Assembly (NCBI RefSeq): GCF_964355755.1
Contig: NC_092671.1
Location: 4,402,001 to 4,466,000 of the forward strand
DNA: 64,000 bases
DNA from: Antedon mediterranea
Taxonomy: Eukaryota; Animalia; Echinodermata
Reading direction: 5' to 3'
The notes below the pieces were generated by a model, which was not told where the DNA came from, ran no database searches, and worked only from the letters and a program-made list of their open reading frames with translations. A program made the position numbers and the translations under genes. Position 1 is the stretch's first letter. Every line of letters begins with the position of its first letter. This document shows, one piece after another, positions 39,427-52,896 of the stretch.

Positions 39427-40386
39427 TTAGTACGGAATTAAGGTACAGATGGAAACGTTGAACTGAAATTTTTGCTTGTAAATATTCTTGTTGTAAAATA
39501 AATAAAAACATTGCAATATGCGTCCTTGACACTATTGATTAGTGCAATAATTACTAAAAATGCATCAAATAATCTTCTTCTTCTATTAATAGGCACATTT
39601 ATGAATAATTCAAAACTTTTGACACAATTTAATTAAAACTTGCAATAACGACTATACTAATGTTGACGTCTATACTGTTATTTACAGATGAATTTAAATA
39701 TGTTTCAAATCGAAAAATTGTGGGCTTCATGCCAAAAATATAAATAATGACTGTCAAAAAAAATGTCCACAATATTTTTTAGTTTCTGGTAACCAGGAAG
39801 GTGTGTATTTAAGATTATTAATAATACATGAATCACTGTCCTTCCTGAAAAAGGGACAAGTTCACGGGGTATCCTCCTACTCGTCTCGAATGATGAAATG
39901 CGTTCTTTAAAGTGTATACTGGACGTCTACGGTTCATAGTCCTTATCCAAGAAGACTCAAACATAACTGGAGCGAGTCGGCCTCACGATATGACGATATT
40001 GATGGATCTTTAGGTCCTTGTCACTTTTACTTTTCATTTTGACTTTTCATTGTTTGATTTGAATACGGGTATTCAGATAGAGGAATCATTCTTCAACTTT
40101 TTCTTAAAGATTTTTTTTCGAAATATGCTTTACCATCTATCAAATCAAATCAAAGCAATTACTAACAACAGGACACTGAGCTCGTAACAGTGTTTTGATC
40201 TTATGTCTGACTGCGACAAATACGATGGCCCGCAGCTACAGATACAACTTTTGATCTTTGGAGATCAGCATCCTGTTGCTCGATTGCCTTGGTCAAACGT
40301 ATAAGCTGACCCTTACGTAAACGAGATAATGACATGTTATTTCAATTTTCCAAATGTATTGGTTGTAAGTTAAACATCTATAAACT

Positions 40387-41451
40387 TTACACACTAACAG
40401 TACGTGCAGTTATTTTCCTCCTAATTTTGCTAAAGAAGACGTCAACAAATGCTTGTCTAAAATTGTCATTTACTACATTATATATCAAAGGATTTAAAGA
40501 AGAATTGAAATAACTTCCAAAGCGACAAACAGTCACTAGCCAATTTAAATCCTTTCCAATAGAATCTAACAAAATTAACATAATAATGACATTCAACGGT
40601 GTCAAGCAGAGAACATAAACTGCGACTGTCACAAAAACTGTCCAGAATATTTTCCTCTCAGATTTTGAACGTGGGTCCGTCTTGCAAGAATTCTTTACAA
40701 CATTTCTTGATTGTCTTAAAGAATAAATCATAAGAAAACATAAAGTTACAATAATCACATTAAAGAGTATATTGACAACAAATTGACAAATCCACAACGC
40801 TGTACAATCTTCAATGTAGCTTTGATTAAAATGACACATAGATGCGCGATTTGAGATACCTCTATACAAATCAGGCCAAGGAAGAATGACGTAGACACGT
40901 TCGTAAGCAATGAAAAATTGTACACAATTCACCGACAAAAAAAATATCCATATAACTGCACATATTTTTACAGATCTTGAAAGAGTACCAAATCCACTTT
41001 TTTGAAACCAATAAGGTTTACAAACTGCCATATAACGTTCAATGGAAAGCCAAAATATCGTACTAACTGCTACATGCCATGCAACAGTAGTAAAGTAACT
41101 TGACAGTTCACAATTCAAGTTGTTCCCATCTATATCATCAATCGTATACGGTACCGAAATTAACTTAAGGTCAAAAAAGGGTCCCACTATTAAAGAAATT
41201 GTATCAGATATTGCCAAATTGGCTAGATACATATAAACTGATTTGTGTAATTTACTCGCTATAACAATAAATGTCGTCATGTTTCCGACAACTCCAAAAG
41301 CGATCACAATAGGAATGATATTGTAACGTAAAATCGTCTCCCAGTCACTAGGAAGGAACATATCGATGTAATCATCATATTGACTTATGTTAAATGTTGA
41401 AAACGCGTATTCCGATACATCAAAGGATGCATTGTCACCTGAAAGTGACAT
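40387..41451 (-). CDS. Single-exon class A GPCR, paralogue D (354 aa from the ATG at 41451)
   Basis: Same 7TM motifs; MSLSGDNAS start shared with the paralogues. Confidence 0.95.
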   Translation of the reverse strand: MSLSGDNASFDVSEYAFSTFNISQYDDYIDMFLPSDWETILRYNIIPIVIAFGVVGNMTTFIVIASKLHKSVYMYLANLAISDTISLIVGPFFDLKLISVPYTIDDIDGNNLNCELSSYFTTVAWHVAVSTIFWLSIERYMAVCKPYWFQKSGFGTLSRSVKICAVIWIFFLSVNCVQFFIAYERVYVILPWPDLYRGISNRASMCHFNQSYIEDCTALWICQFVVNILFNVIIVTLCFLMIYSLRQSRNVVKNSCKTDPRSKSERKIFWTVFVTVAVYVLCLTPLNVIIMLILLDSIGKDLNWLVTVCRFGSYFNSSLNPLIYNVVNDNFRQAFVDVFFSKIRRKITARTVSV

Positions 41452-41544
41452 TTTTGTCTTCCGGACTGATCTGTTTCGCAATTAAAAATTATCGTTTCAA
41501 CAGTTTGTACTGTTTATTATTGAAATGTATTGCTACTTTTGAAT

Positions 41545-41850
41545 AACGTAACCATAAAAGAACACTCGCATCCAACAAAATAAATTCCCCCGATGATGTG
41601 ATAGAATCAGTGCTAATGTTAAAATACATGGCAAAATAAGAGAGGGCGCTCTATTTAACAATTTTGGAGGGGCTTTTTTGAGTGTAATTCAGCAGGCAAT
41701 GATAATTGAATCACGATCCAAAAGGCAACATTATACATGAATTCATATCTAAAAATAAACAGAATATATAAGTTATAAATGTGAGGGCAAACTTACAATC
41801 TTAGGTGCTAAACAGATTAAAATATACAGTTTAGGGGAGATCACGTGATA
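41545..41850. promoter_or_regulatory. Conserved upstream module (AGAGGGCGCTCT at 41641-41652)
   Basis: Homologous to the other upstream modules. Confidence 0.5.
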
Positions 41851-42714
41851 TACGTTATTTAAATGTTCGTCTGTTCTGAAACAACATAAAGGGTGTGATA
41901 GCTATGACAGTTTTCGCTTTAAAATATTCCTTTTGTAATTAAAAACAAGATTACAAACTACGCCCTTGACAATACTGAAATAATTAATAAATATGCATCC
42001 GGTATAATCTATTGTCATTTCACTTCAGTTATTAGTAATCTACATTATTTTATGAATAATTCACAACTTCTGAAAAACTTTAAATTAAATTAAACTTACT
42101 AACTGAACGACTATATTATAATAACATTGAAAGAAAACAAATAGACGAGCATGTACGGAAACAGCACAATTATCGTAACTGTAACTGTATCAAGTTATTT
42201 TGATATACTGACCGCACACTTTCACGTAATCATTTTAGCATTTTAAAATGTAATGGTCATAAGTTACCCATAATTATGCATTATTATAAATTTAAATTAT
42301 TCCAGTTGTTCAAAACTACTTCATCAATCATATAGAGTACCGGAATTGTTCTATTTCGGAATTATTTCTCCCAGACTAATATTCTTTTTCGCAATAAAAT
42401 CTATCTTTTCAAATAAAATAAAGTAAGATAAGTTGATGGTATATTCATTAAATGCATTGGCTGTTTACAATAGAGAGGTGGGATACATCACATAATAATA
42501 ATATACAAATAAATATGTTTGTTTAAAACGTAATATATCAACTTAATCTTATCAAATCATTATCCTCATTGCTTTGAATTATAACAAATCACATTTTATA
42601 CAATTGTGCATCAACTAAATGACTAGTTCCACAATCAATGGGCTTAATGGTAGGCCTAGTCTTTATTAAGTTTACTTATTTATTACCGTTTTTCATTATT
42701 GTATGGTTTTTGTA

Positions 42715-43183
42715 CAAACTTTAATGTAGGCTTCTTTAAAACGACATGTACCTAAACGATTTGCTACAAAAATACTACAGTACTCACCATGTTAGTTTAT
42801 TTGAGACACCTCTATATAAATATCAGGCAAAGGAAGAATGACCGATACTCGTTCGTGACCAATACAAAACTGGACAATATTGGTCGGCAAACAAAATCTA
42901 TATATTGCGCAGAGTACCAAATCCACTTTTTTTTTTATTTATAAGGTTTACAGACTGCCATAAAACGTTCAACAGAAAGCAAAACAATCTTAACAATCGA
43001 TACATGCCAGAGGCAACAGCAGTAAAGTAACTCGTCAGTTAAAAAATCAAGTTTTCCCATCTATGTCATGAACTCAATGTACAAAAAGGTGGCCACAATT
43101 AAAGACATTGTATCAGTTATTGCCAAATTCGCTAGATACACGTAAACTGATTTGCAAAATTTACTCACTATACTATAAATGTC
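42715..43183 (-). pseudogene. GPCR pseudogene fragment (TM1 end to ECL2)
   Basis: Matches 40815-41278 with many indels. Confidence 0.85.
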
Positions 43184-43289
43184 GGGACTTCACGAAACAC
43201 GACGGGAAGCCACAGGACGGTGCTCATGAATGTTATTTATGCATGAAATAATATTTGAACTTCTAATTTAATTGTTTAATAAATAACAT

Positions 43290-44355
43290 TCTTACTGGGT
43301 TAAAATGGCTCTGGATAAAGGTAATTGTGTTTTGTCTGTGTACCTCGACCTGTTGGCAACTTTTGATACCATTGATCATTCTATTCTTATTGCAAGACTC
43401 TCGTCTATTGGTATCCGTGGAGCTGCTCTGACTTGGTTAAAGTCATATTTGGAAGCAGCAGGTCAAGATTGGTAATGTCAAATCCACCTCTATCGACCTG
43501 AAATGCGGTGTCCAGTATTGTTTTTAGATAACATCTGGCCCTTGAGTGACATCATTATATTGTGTCCAATATCATGTGTACGTAGATGACTCGCAACTGT
43601 ACATCAGCTTCAATCCAGCAGAGTTTAATGAGGCGAAGTCGGTTATCAAAGCTTGTGTTGTTGATTGGCTAACTAAAAACATGCTCTGTTTTAACCCTGG
43701 TAAAAGAGAAGTCTTATATTTTCATTCAAAACAAGAATTTGCACATAGCTAGAAACATCAGTATTGGCAACACCCCAATGACACCATCGTTGGAGGTTAG
43801 AAATATCGGAGTCTCAACAATTACTAAGTCCAGACTTATCAACAACATTAGTAAATCTGTTACCTACCACCTTCGTAACATAAGATCAATTCGCAAATCC
43901 TTAACCCACTACTCGCCTATTAAACTTTTCCACGCATTAATAACATCACGGTTAGACTACTGCAATGCCATTTTGTTTGGTCTACCAAATAAAGAACTTA
44001 ATAAACCACAACTTATTTTAAATACTGTATCCGGCACTTCAAGATTTGCTCATATTACACCAATATTATATAAACTTCACTGGCGTTCAATTAAACAACG
44101 AATTGTTTTTAAACTAACACCATCATATATTTCAAATTGAATTATACGTAGATCTTCAGTTTGCAAAAGATCTCTTAGGTCGACCACTAATCGAGCGTTT
44201 GCAGTTGCAGCTTCTAAACTGTGGAACAATCTTCCTTCCTATTAAAAATGATGCATCCTCTTATCATTTTCAAAAACACTTAAAACAAATCCTTTTTCTT
44301 TCTATTTTTTCTCTCAGCGCTTTGGGACAATCTTTTGATCGCTATATAAATACAT
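43290..44355 (+). mobile_element. Degenerate L2 LINE 3' portion
   Basis: LDL...FDTIDH, YVDDSQLY, SRLDYCN, HITPILYKLHW; CAGCGCTTTG...CGCTATATAAAT end. Confidence 0.85.
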
Positions 44356-44916
44356 TTATATAACACCTAAATAAATTCCTGTCATTTGATTGGACGAATG
44401 TGGGTCACATGGCGTGCAATAGTACGCACTATTCAACGATCATTATTTGTATAGTATATAATATAATATACATTATATTACCGGGGTATCCTCTAAACGT
44501 CTCGATTGATAAAATGCGTTCTTTAAAATGTATATTGGACCTACGGTCCTTATCCGAGAAGACTTGTTTCACAACCATAACTGGAGCGATATGCCAATAT
44601 TGATGGATCTTTGGGTACTTGTCATTTTGACATGACTCGTAACAGTCTTTTGATCTTAAGTCTGGCTGCTACAAATACCAACAGTACTGTACGCTTACTA
44701 TGTGCATTATTCTTCGCGGCGTGCGATGTCTGTTAAGGGAGGTGGACCTGATCGTATCGCAGCCACATATAACAACTTTGATCTCCAGAGCTCAGAATCC
44801 TGTTGCTAGATTTCTTTGGTCAAACTTATAAGCTGACCGTTACGTAAACGAGATAATGACAACATGTTATTTCAAATTTCAAAATGTATTGGATGTAAGT
44901 TAAGCATCTATCAACT

Positions 44917-47900
44917 TTACACACTAACAGTACGTGCAAATGCTTGTCTAAAAGTTTCATTTACTACATTATATATTAAAGGATTTACAGAAGAATTTAA
45001 ATATATTCCCAAACGACAAATATCCAAAACCCAATATAAATCAGATCCAAGAATATTTAAAAAGAATAATAATGGGAACAAACAAATCGGTGTCATGGAG
45101 AGAACATAAACTGCGACTGTCACAAAAACTGTCCAGAATATTTTCCTCTCAGATTTTGAACGTAAGTCCGTCTTGCAAGAATTCTTTATACCATTTCGGG
45201 ATTGTCTTAAAGAATAAATCATAAGAAAACATAAAGTTACAATAATCAAAGAGTATATTAACAACAACTTGAAACAACTGGTACGTAGACGGAAAAATGT
45301 ATTCTACGTAAAATGTAACATTTTACAACTTTTTCCAGCACAGAACTTTCGAATGGATCAATCTACATAATGACTGACGAGAAATCTGCTGTTTTTGTTA
45401 CACGAAGAAGAACACTATATTTGGACAGTAGTTAGGTTATATTGAACATTACACATGCTCTCTTTTATTTATAATATTTATATTCCTTTTCTTATCAATG
45501 TAAACTTACTTAATATGTTTGAAATAAACGATAATTTAGCATCTAATTTAAATATAGAATACACAAATCACAAAGCAATTACTCCCGCCGAACTCTTAGA
45601 CAGCTATGGCTCCCGGTTTGCTCAAAAGTCTACATTTTCTATATCAAGTCTTAATGTACGATCTTTAAATCATCAACTTAATGAAACGATTTTACTATAT
45701 GAAACCGTACTTAAAAATAAGTTTACATTTATTGGATTAACTGAGATTTGGAACATTGATGATAAAGACAAATACCAATTGAGTTCCTACAATTTCGAGT
45801 ACATCTGTCGTGAGTTCGGTAGAAGTGGTGGCGTTGCTGCCTATATCCATAGTTCAGTTAAGTATAGACGTCTTGATATAAATATTTGTAACTCTGAATC
45901 ATTGTGGTTTGAAGTATGTGATGGGGGTAAAATGTACGTGATAGGGGTAATTTATCGAAATGTTAATTCCAACATAAATGAATTTAGAGAAGACCTCTTA
46001 GATACCTTAAAACAAATGAAAGTCAACAAAAAACAATGTATACTAATGGGTGATTTCAATATAAATCTTTTTAATGTTAACAACACTGATATAAACTCAT
46101 ATTTAACGGCTATTGAATGTTTAAATATGACTCAGTTAATAGAATCGACAACCCGTCCTGCATCCAACACCATAATTGACCACATATATAGTAACATTAT
46201 TTGTAATAGTACAATATCTGGGACGATGTCGTGTGACATATCCGATCATCTACCAATATTTGCAATTTTTGAAAATAACATTGACATTACTTCTAATGAT
46301 AAGTATTATTATAAATCAAGATGTTATAAGCATTTTAACAAAAATGATTTTTTAAAGGATTTATCTAACATGTCATGGGAATCGGTTTATTTATGCAATG
46401 ATACAAACTTGGCCTACGATAGATTTAATACTAAATTCAAAAATATTTGTGATAAGCATGCGCCAATAAGAACGATGTCATTAAATCATGTAAATAAGAA
46501 AAAAACCATGGATCACCCGAAATATTAAAAAATCTATTAATAAAAAAAACAAGATGTACCAGAAACTAATTAAAAGTAAATTTGATAATTCTGATTTTAT
46601 AAAATATAAAAAATACCGAAATACCCTTACAAAGGTGTTAAGAACTGCAAAAAGAAATTATTATTCACATATGTTTTCAGCTAACGCAACAAATTCAGTA
46701 AAAACGTGGAAGATAATAAATGATGTACTTGGTAAAAATAAATTAAAATCTGTTAATGCTATTCCTGAAAAACTAATTCGTAATAATAATGATGGGACAA
46801 CATCAATAGTAGATAATCCGGACGAAATTGCTAATGTATTTAATGATTATTTTGTTGGCGTAGCCGATCAACTTGCAAACGAAATTCCCCCCTCACAAAA
46901 ATGTTTTTCTCAGTATCTGGCCAATCTCTTACCAAATTCTTTTTTTCTTGAATCTATCACTGTTAATGAGGTATTTAATTTAATTTGTAAAATCGACCAA
47001 AATAAAGCAACTGGATCAGATGATCTACCAGCAAAATTAATTTCAATTGCAGCATTACATATTTCAAATCCCTTGTGTTATATATTTAATTTATCATTTA
47101 ATAACTGTATATTTCCAAATCTTTTAAAGTGTGCTCGAGTTCAACCAGTCTTTAAAAAGGGGTCAAAAGAAATACCTGGAAATTTCCGTCCTATCTCAAT
47201 TTTACCAGTTCTCAGCAAAATACTTGAAAGGTTGTTTTGTGACAGGTTAACAAGATTTTTTGAGAAATTTAATTTATTTTATTTTCATCAATATGGGTTT
47301 CGAAAACGTCATAGTACTAAGTTATCATTAATCAATTTAGTTAACACTTTGCTTTCTGATATTGATAAGGGTAACGTGTCACTTGGTATTTTCGTAGACT
47401 TCAGCAAAGCGTTTGATACTATATTAATCACAACATTTTAATTTCAAAATTATTTAATTATGGTATTCGAGGAAAAGCATTGTCATGGATAACCGATTAT
47501 TTAAAGAATAGATCCCAATATGTATCATTTCATAATAGCCATTCTCAAACTAGGGAAATACCTCATGGAGTCCCACAAGGCTCGGTGCTAGGACCTTTTT
47601 TTAATTTATATTAATGATATGCCAAATTCAACAGATTATTTTGATTTTCGTTTATTTGCTGATGACTCCAACCTATTTCATTCATTTTCATCAGATAAAA
47701 TAGACCTTAATATAGCGAATGAACATTTATATAAAGTATGTGAATGGTGTATTGTAAATAAATTAACAATCAACTATATTATTATTATATTACTATAAAT
47801 TATTAATAAGATAGGCTCACTTTTTGTTAACGATATAGTAATTAATGAGGCTGAGACTGTGTCGTTTGTTGGAGTATCACTTGATAATAATCTTACATGG

Positions 47901-49132
47901 AAAACTCATCTCAACAATTTATGTAAAACATTACGTACAAAAATAGGTATTTTTTATAAGTTAAGGTATTTTCTTCCTCAAAGTATATTAATGTTAATTT
48001 ATAAATCATTTATTTTACCACTAATTACCTATGGTATTGAAGTATGGGGAAGTACACATTTAAGTTACTTAAACCAAGTTCTACTTATTCAAAAGATGTT
48101 CGTTCGCTGTGTTACGTTTTCTGATTTTAGAGCACATTCTATACCTTTGTTTAAGCAATTGTTGATTTTAGATGTGTTTAAATTGTATGAGTTGCATGTG
48201 CTTAAATTTATTTCCGATTTATTTTATTCTACATTACCTCATCATATTATACTATACTTTAACTATGTAAACATTCCATTTAACACCCGATTTAATGACC
48301 CGTTTAATCCCTCAATCCCCTTTTGCCGTACGACTCTATCTCAAACCAATATAACATACCAAGGTCCCAAACTCTGGAATAAACTCCCAGTAAATATTTT
48401 TTTTTGGTCTTTTGTCTTTAGTTTTGATTTTATGTATGTGAAAAAGAACTAACAAGAAAGAAAAATAATAAAGATTATTATATTACATCCAAAACGCTGT
48501 AAATCCTCCAATGTAGGTTTGCTTTATATGACAGAAAGTTTCGCGATTATACATATCAGGCCAAGGACGAATGACGGATACTCGTCCGTAAAAAAAAGTT
48601 GTACACAATTCACCGACAAAATATCCATATAACTGCACATATTTTTACAGATCTTGAAAGAGTACCAAATCTACTTCTTTGAAATCAATAAGGTCTACAA
48701 ACTGCCATATAACGTTCAATAGAAAGCCAAAAAATCGTACAAATTGCTACATGAAATGCAACCAAAGTAGAGTAAGCGATCAAGTAATCGGACAGTTCAC
48801 AATTTTTCCAATGTATTTCAATCGTATCGTATGTCGATATTAACTTAACTTTCCAAAAGGGTGCCTTTAAAGATAATTAAAGATATTGTATCAGTTATTG
48901 CCAAATTGGCTAGATACACGTAATTGCGTAATTTACTCACTATAACAATAAATGTCATGATATTGCCGACGATTCCGAAAGCGACAACAATAGGAATAAC
49001 AATGTTAAGTAAAATCATTTCCAAGTCAGTTGGTAAGAACGTATCAATATAAGCATCATATTGACTCGTGTGAGATGCTGAATACGCGTATTCGGTTACA
49101 TTATAGGATGCATCGTCGACTGAGCATGACAT
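44917..49132 (-). pseudogene. GPCR pseudogene split by a LINE (halves 44917-45276 and 48485-49132)
   Basis: The halves rejoin as TTGAAACA|TCCAAAACG, as in paralogue C (TM5). There are additional frameshifts and deletions. Confidence 0.9.
45277..48484 (+). mobile_element. CR1/L2-group LINE with nearly complete ORF2 (APE endonuclease and RT), frameshifted
   Basis: LNVRSL, LTEIW, GGVA, MGDFN, IDH, SDHLP; FRPISILP, QYGFR, DFSKAFDT, GVPQGSVLGP, FADDS; AATAAA then (ATT)n end. Confidence 0.92.
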
Positions 49133-49229
49133 GTTTTTTCTGAACTTTTTCTCGGACTTAATTATCGTGTATATATATAAACTATTAAAGTTTTCACTTC
49201 TTTTTCTTATCGAAATATATTTTTACTTT

Positions 49230-49400
49230 AAAATGGCGTAATCGTACATAACATAATAGAAACGACTCACAATCAACAGAACGAACTCCTCCGATGACGT
49301 GAACGAATCGATGTTTAATGACACGATCAAAATAGCGTTTGGAAACTGAGAAAAACACTTGGCAAAATAACAGAGGGCGCGCTATTTTATATTTTGGCCC
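49230..49400. promoter_or_regulatory. Conserved upstream module of the split pseudogene (AGAGGGCGCGCT at 49372-49383)
   Basis: Homologous blocks in the same order. Confidence 0.45.
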
Positions 49401-51351
49401 ATATTGAAGGTATAGATAACTTGTGATTTTAATCAGCTTTTGTGACGTCAACTATATAACCTCGATTGTATCCAAGACTATTGGTATAAATTGCTTACCA
49501 ATTTACAAAAACAAATTTAAAACTTAAAACAATGCAATAACATAATACAATATTTGTCATCTAAAAATATGCAATGAAAGGAAAATAGGTTGAGTAATAT
49601 AAATAGTCAATGCATAAATGAATGATTTATATCAATCTGTAATCAAACGTACACTTTCTTTTTCCACCAGCGCGCGGACGGCCATAGTCTGGGCTCCAGA
49701 CGGAGTTTTTTCTTAATATTAGTAAAAATATAAATATTTTTGCACATATGGCGTTTCATACGTGTATTACTTGAGTTTGGATACTCCGTCTGGGGAAACA
49801 CGCAAAAGTCACGTGGTTTGACACCAAGAATTCTTGGTGCATAGATTATCCGGTTGACTAGTTTCAGCTGCACGCGATTGGCTACTCACTCGTACACTGT
49901 TTTAATATTCATATTTCAGAATTTCAAAGACTCAACAACTAAGATGGTACGCATGCGCTATGTTACGTTTAGACAATGTGTACTTTGGGTACATGGATGA
50001 AAGTTTCTGAAGGCTAGAAAGGATTTTATATGGATCATTTAATCAGGGAGATGTAATTTACATCTCCCTGATTTAATAATATTACGCGGAGATAATTTGA
50101 TTTAATTCCCACCCAGACCTTTCCTGTTCTGTGTAGTGGTGTAGCCCTGTTGTGAGTGAATCCTGTTGTGTGCCGGTGGTGGTATTAAGTAGGCCTACTT
50201 TATTGGCGCTTTATTTGGCAGGCCATACGTGCGAGTTGAGTAGGACCTACGAAGGAGGCCTAGGCTAATGACTAAACAATTAATAAACAAAACAACTTGG
50301 CAACACGATTTCATATTTTAACAGTCTCGATCGTACCTTCAACACTGTACGTAGGCCTACTCGATCTTTTTCATTTTGAAACAAAATGATCATTGGTTGA
50401 TTCGAAATCTATATTTACATAACGCCCGCCTCATATAGCCAAATACGGTATGATAACCTACGTCATTCTTATGGGATGTTTGCGGTCTGCAAATCTATTT
50501 CTATACGTGTTTCACAAGTCTGTATTTTCAGACAAAAATCGCGGTCGAAATAAAAACAAATAAATTTAAAAAAAAACAATACAGACTTGGGGCAAGTCTA
50601 GGACGGCCACAACAAAAAGTACATAATGCGCTGTTAAATTGACTATCCCAAACACACGGTCTTATTTAATTAGGCTCGGCGATTGGCTGTGACGTAGATG
50701 ACATAATCAGTAGCCAATCGCCGGGCACTACAATCATAAAATATCCTACAAATTAGGGAGATTCATGACAAATCCGCAGCCTATAGAATGAAAAGAAAAA
50801 TGTGCACACGCAAAGACATTAATAAAAATATTTTAAGAGGCAATATATTAACTTAAATGTTAGCTTTATAAACAAAACACAAGCACATCAACTTGAGTGG
50901 TTCTACAGTCAATATTGCTTAATGGTTAGGCATATTAGTCTTAGTTTATTTCTTAATAGATTACGGTACTATATTTTATCAATAAACAGGTTTTTATCAG
51001 AAATATTATCTAATGATTTTTATAAGGCATGCTATTTATAATATTTTATTTCTTTAAGGATCTTTTAACTCCTATTTAAATAATTAAAGAAATATATATT
51101 GCTTAGAAGCAATTGGCTTAATATATCAGTGGTTTGTTTGTTTATTTATCATTCAGTAGTTTTAAAAATGAAATGATACATTAAAATGGCTGAAATAAAG
51201 TAATGTATATATTACATAGCAAAAAGCATATGCAGGCAACCTTTCGAACATACTTACCTGTATAATCTAATACTTTTCTTTGAAAAAGTTTCCAGATTTT
51301 CTTTTAAGAAATTCGACATTGTTACGGTACTCAAACGTTTTGTTACTTAGG

Positions 51352-51465
51352 TGAACGATCTTAGACCAGTAGCACTAACATCAGTTCAAAACATGCGAAC
51401 GAATTCTTCTTAAATATCTGGCACCTCTAGTTACTGACTATGCTTATCCATTAAAATTTGCCTAG
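51352..51465 (+). mobile_element. Short LINE RT remnant (Rex1/Babar-like)
   Basis: NDLRPVALTSV...ERILLKYL...PL.FA. Confidence 0.55.
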
Positions 51466-51583
51466 GTCTGGAGGTACCGTAGATACATTTGTTTTTTTAA
51501 TTTTAAGCTTTTAGGCACATGACCAATGATTATCAAAAGTATGTTAATCACTGTCATACAGGTGGTAACCTCCATGGCACAGG

Positions 51584-51711
51584 TTTTTAGTGGCGTGCAA
51601 GGCGACTCTACAGCTCACTATGTCGGTCGGTTGGTCGGATGGTCGGTCGGTTGGTAAACACTAACTCCAATAATTTGAGCACGCGACTGCAGCCATGTAT
51701 ATTGCTTTGTT
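51584..51711 (+). mobile_element. Short HINE related to 29812-30630
   Basis: TTTTTAGTGGCGTG...GCGACTCTA...CACTATGTCGGTCGG ... CACGCGACT. Confidence 0.7.
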
Positions 51712-51976
51712 CCAGTTCACCGGGGTAAGCCACTACTAGTCTGGAATGATGATCATAGTGCACACGACCAAACAGTGTACACTGGACATACGGTTTATAG
51801 TCTATATATGAGAAAACGTGTTCCACCACCAGGAGTTAGTCGGTCAACGACTCCCCTGCCTCAACTGTTGTCGCCAATCGAAACGTCCAGACGTACGTTC
51901 TCAACCATATTTTAATTACTTTTTAAAAAACATGGTACTCGGCAAACTTAACTTTACTTATATATCTACATACTTA

Positions 51977-52159
51977 AGCTTTGTCTACACTATCAAATTA
52001 GTTGGTCAAAAAAGTGCTATATGCCTAAATATGGTAGTGACATGCCTAAATATGGTAGTGATATGCCCAAATATGGTAGTGATATGACATTATGATGTAT
52101 ATATAAGGTCACACCACATTTGTTTTAGTCACATAAAGTTTGATAGTGTAGACAGAGCT
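51977..52159. mobile_element. PIF/Harbinger-type MITE
   Basis: TTA|AGCTTTGTCTACACTATCAAA ... TTTGATAGTGTAGACAGAGCT|TTA; three internal repeats of about 21 bp. Confidence 0.85.
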
Positions 52160-52614
52160 TTAGGGGCAATATTTAATGACAAATCATAGTTAACTTTATC
52201 TGAGACGAAAGTGAAAGTGTTGTCGACTGGACGTGACGGTTTCCACTTGAAAATATTCTTTTTGTAAGTAAACTTGTTTAAATTTTGAACTGCGTCCTTG
52301 AAAATTGATTACCGAATAAATTACTAAATATAAGAAAACAATATCAGGTAATCTCCTGACTCTTACAATCAATATGCAACATAAATTAATAATTCATCAT
52401 CTTCGTTCAGAACTATGACGTCAAACCGGACTGTAAGAGTTTATTATCAAGAGTACTTGAGCTTGTAAGTCAGGATAACTGGCATTAGAAAATGTATGTA
52501 ACTATAATAAAACGTTATGATAGTCATCTAAATAAAGAGAAACAAAGGTGGAGCAAGGGGTTGGGTGAGGCGGTTATTTGTTGTACATAATTCGTTACTA
52601 CTAAAAACTCAACG

Positions 52615-52896
52615 TCCCAAAGCTGGTGCCACAATTAAAGACATTGTATTAGATATCGTCAAATTGGCTAGATACACGTAAACTGATTTGTGTAATTTAC
52701 TCACTATAACGATGAATGTTATTATGTTTCTGACAATTCCAAAGGCGACCATAACAGGAATGATATTGTAACGCAAAATCCTCTCCCAGTCACTAAGAAG
52801 GAACATATCTATGCAGGAATCATAGTCAGTCGTGTTAAATGTTGAACACTCGTATTCAGTTACATCAACGGATGCATTGTTACATGGAAATTACAT
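52615..52896 (-). pseudogene. GPCR 5' fragment (N-terminus to TM2), closest to paralogue E
   Basis: ATG at 52896 is immediately followed by TAA; homology stops after TM2. Confidence 0.85.

Noticed and set aside
41452-41481. N-terminal extensions of paralogues D and E (55950-55994) in the ORF track
   Set aside because: They start at TTG; the homologous ATG (MSL) is downstream.
44352-44445. Possible Crypton-like terminal sequence (ATTCCTGTCATTTGATTGG...GTCACATG)
   Set aside because: Only one end is visible and it cannot be classified without a search.
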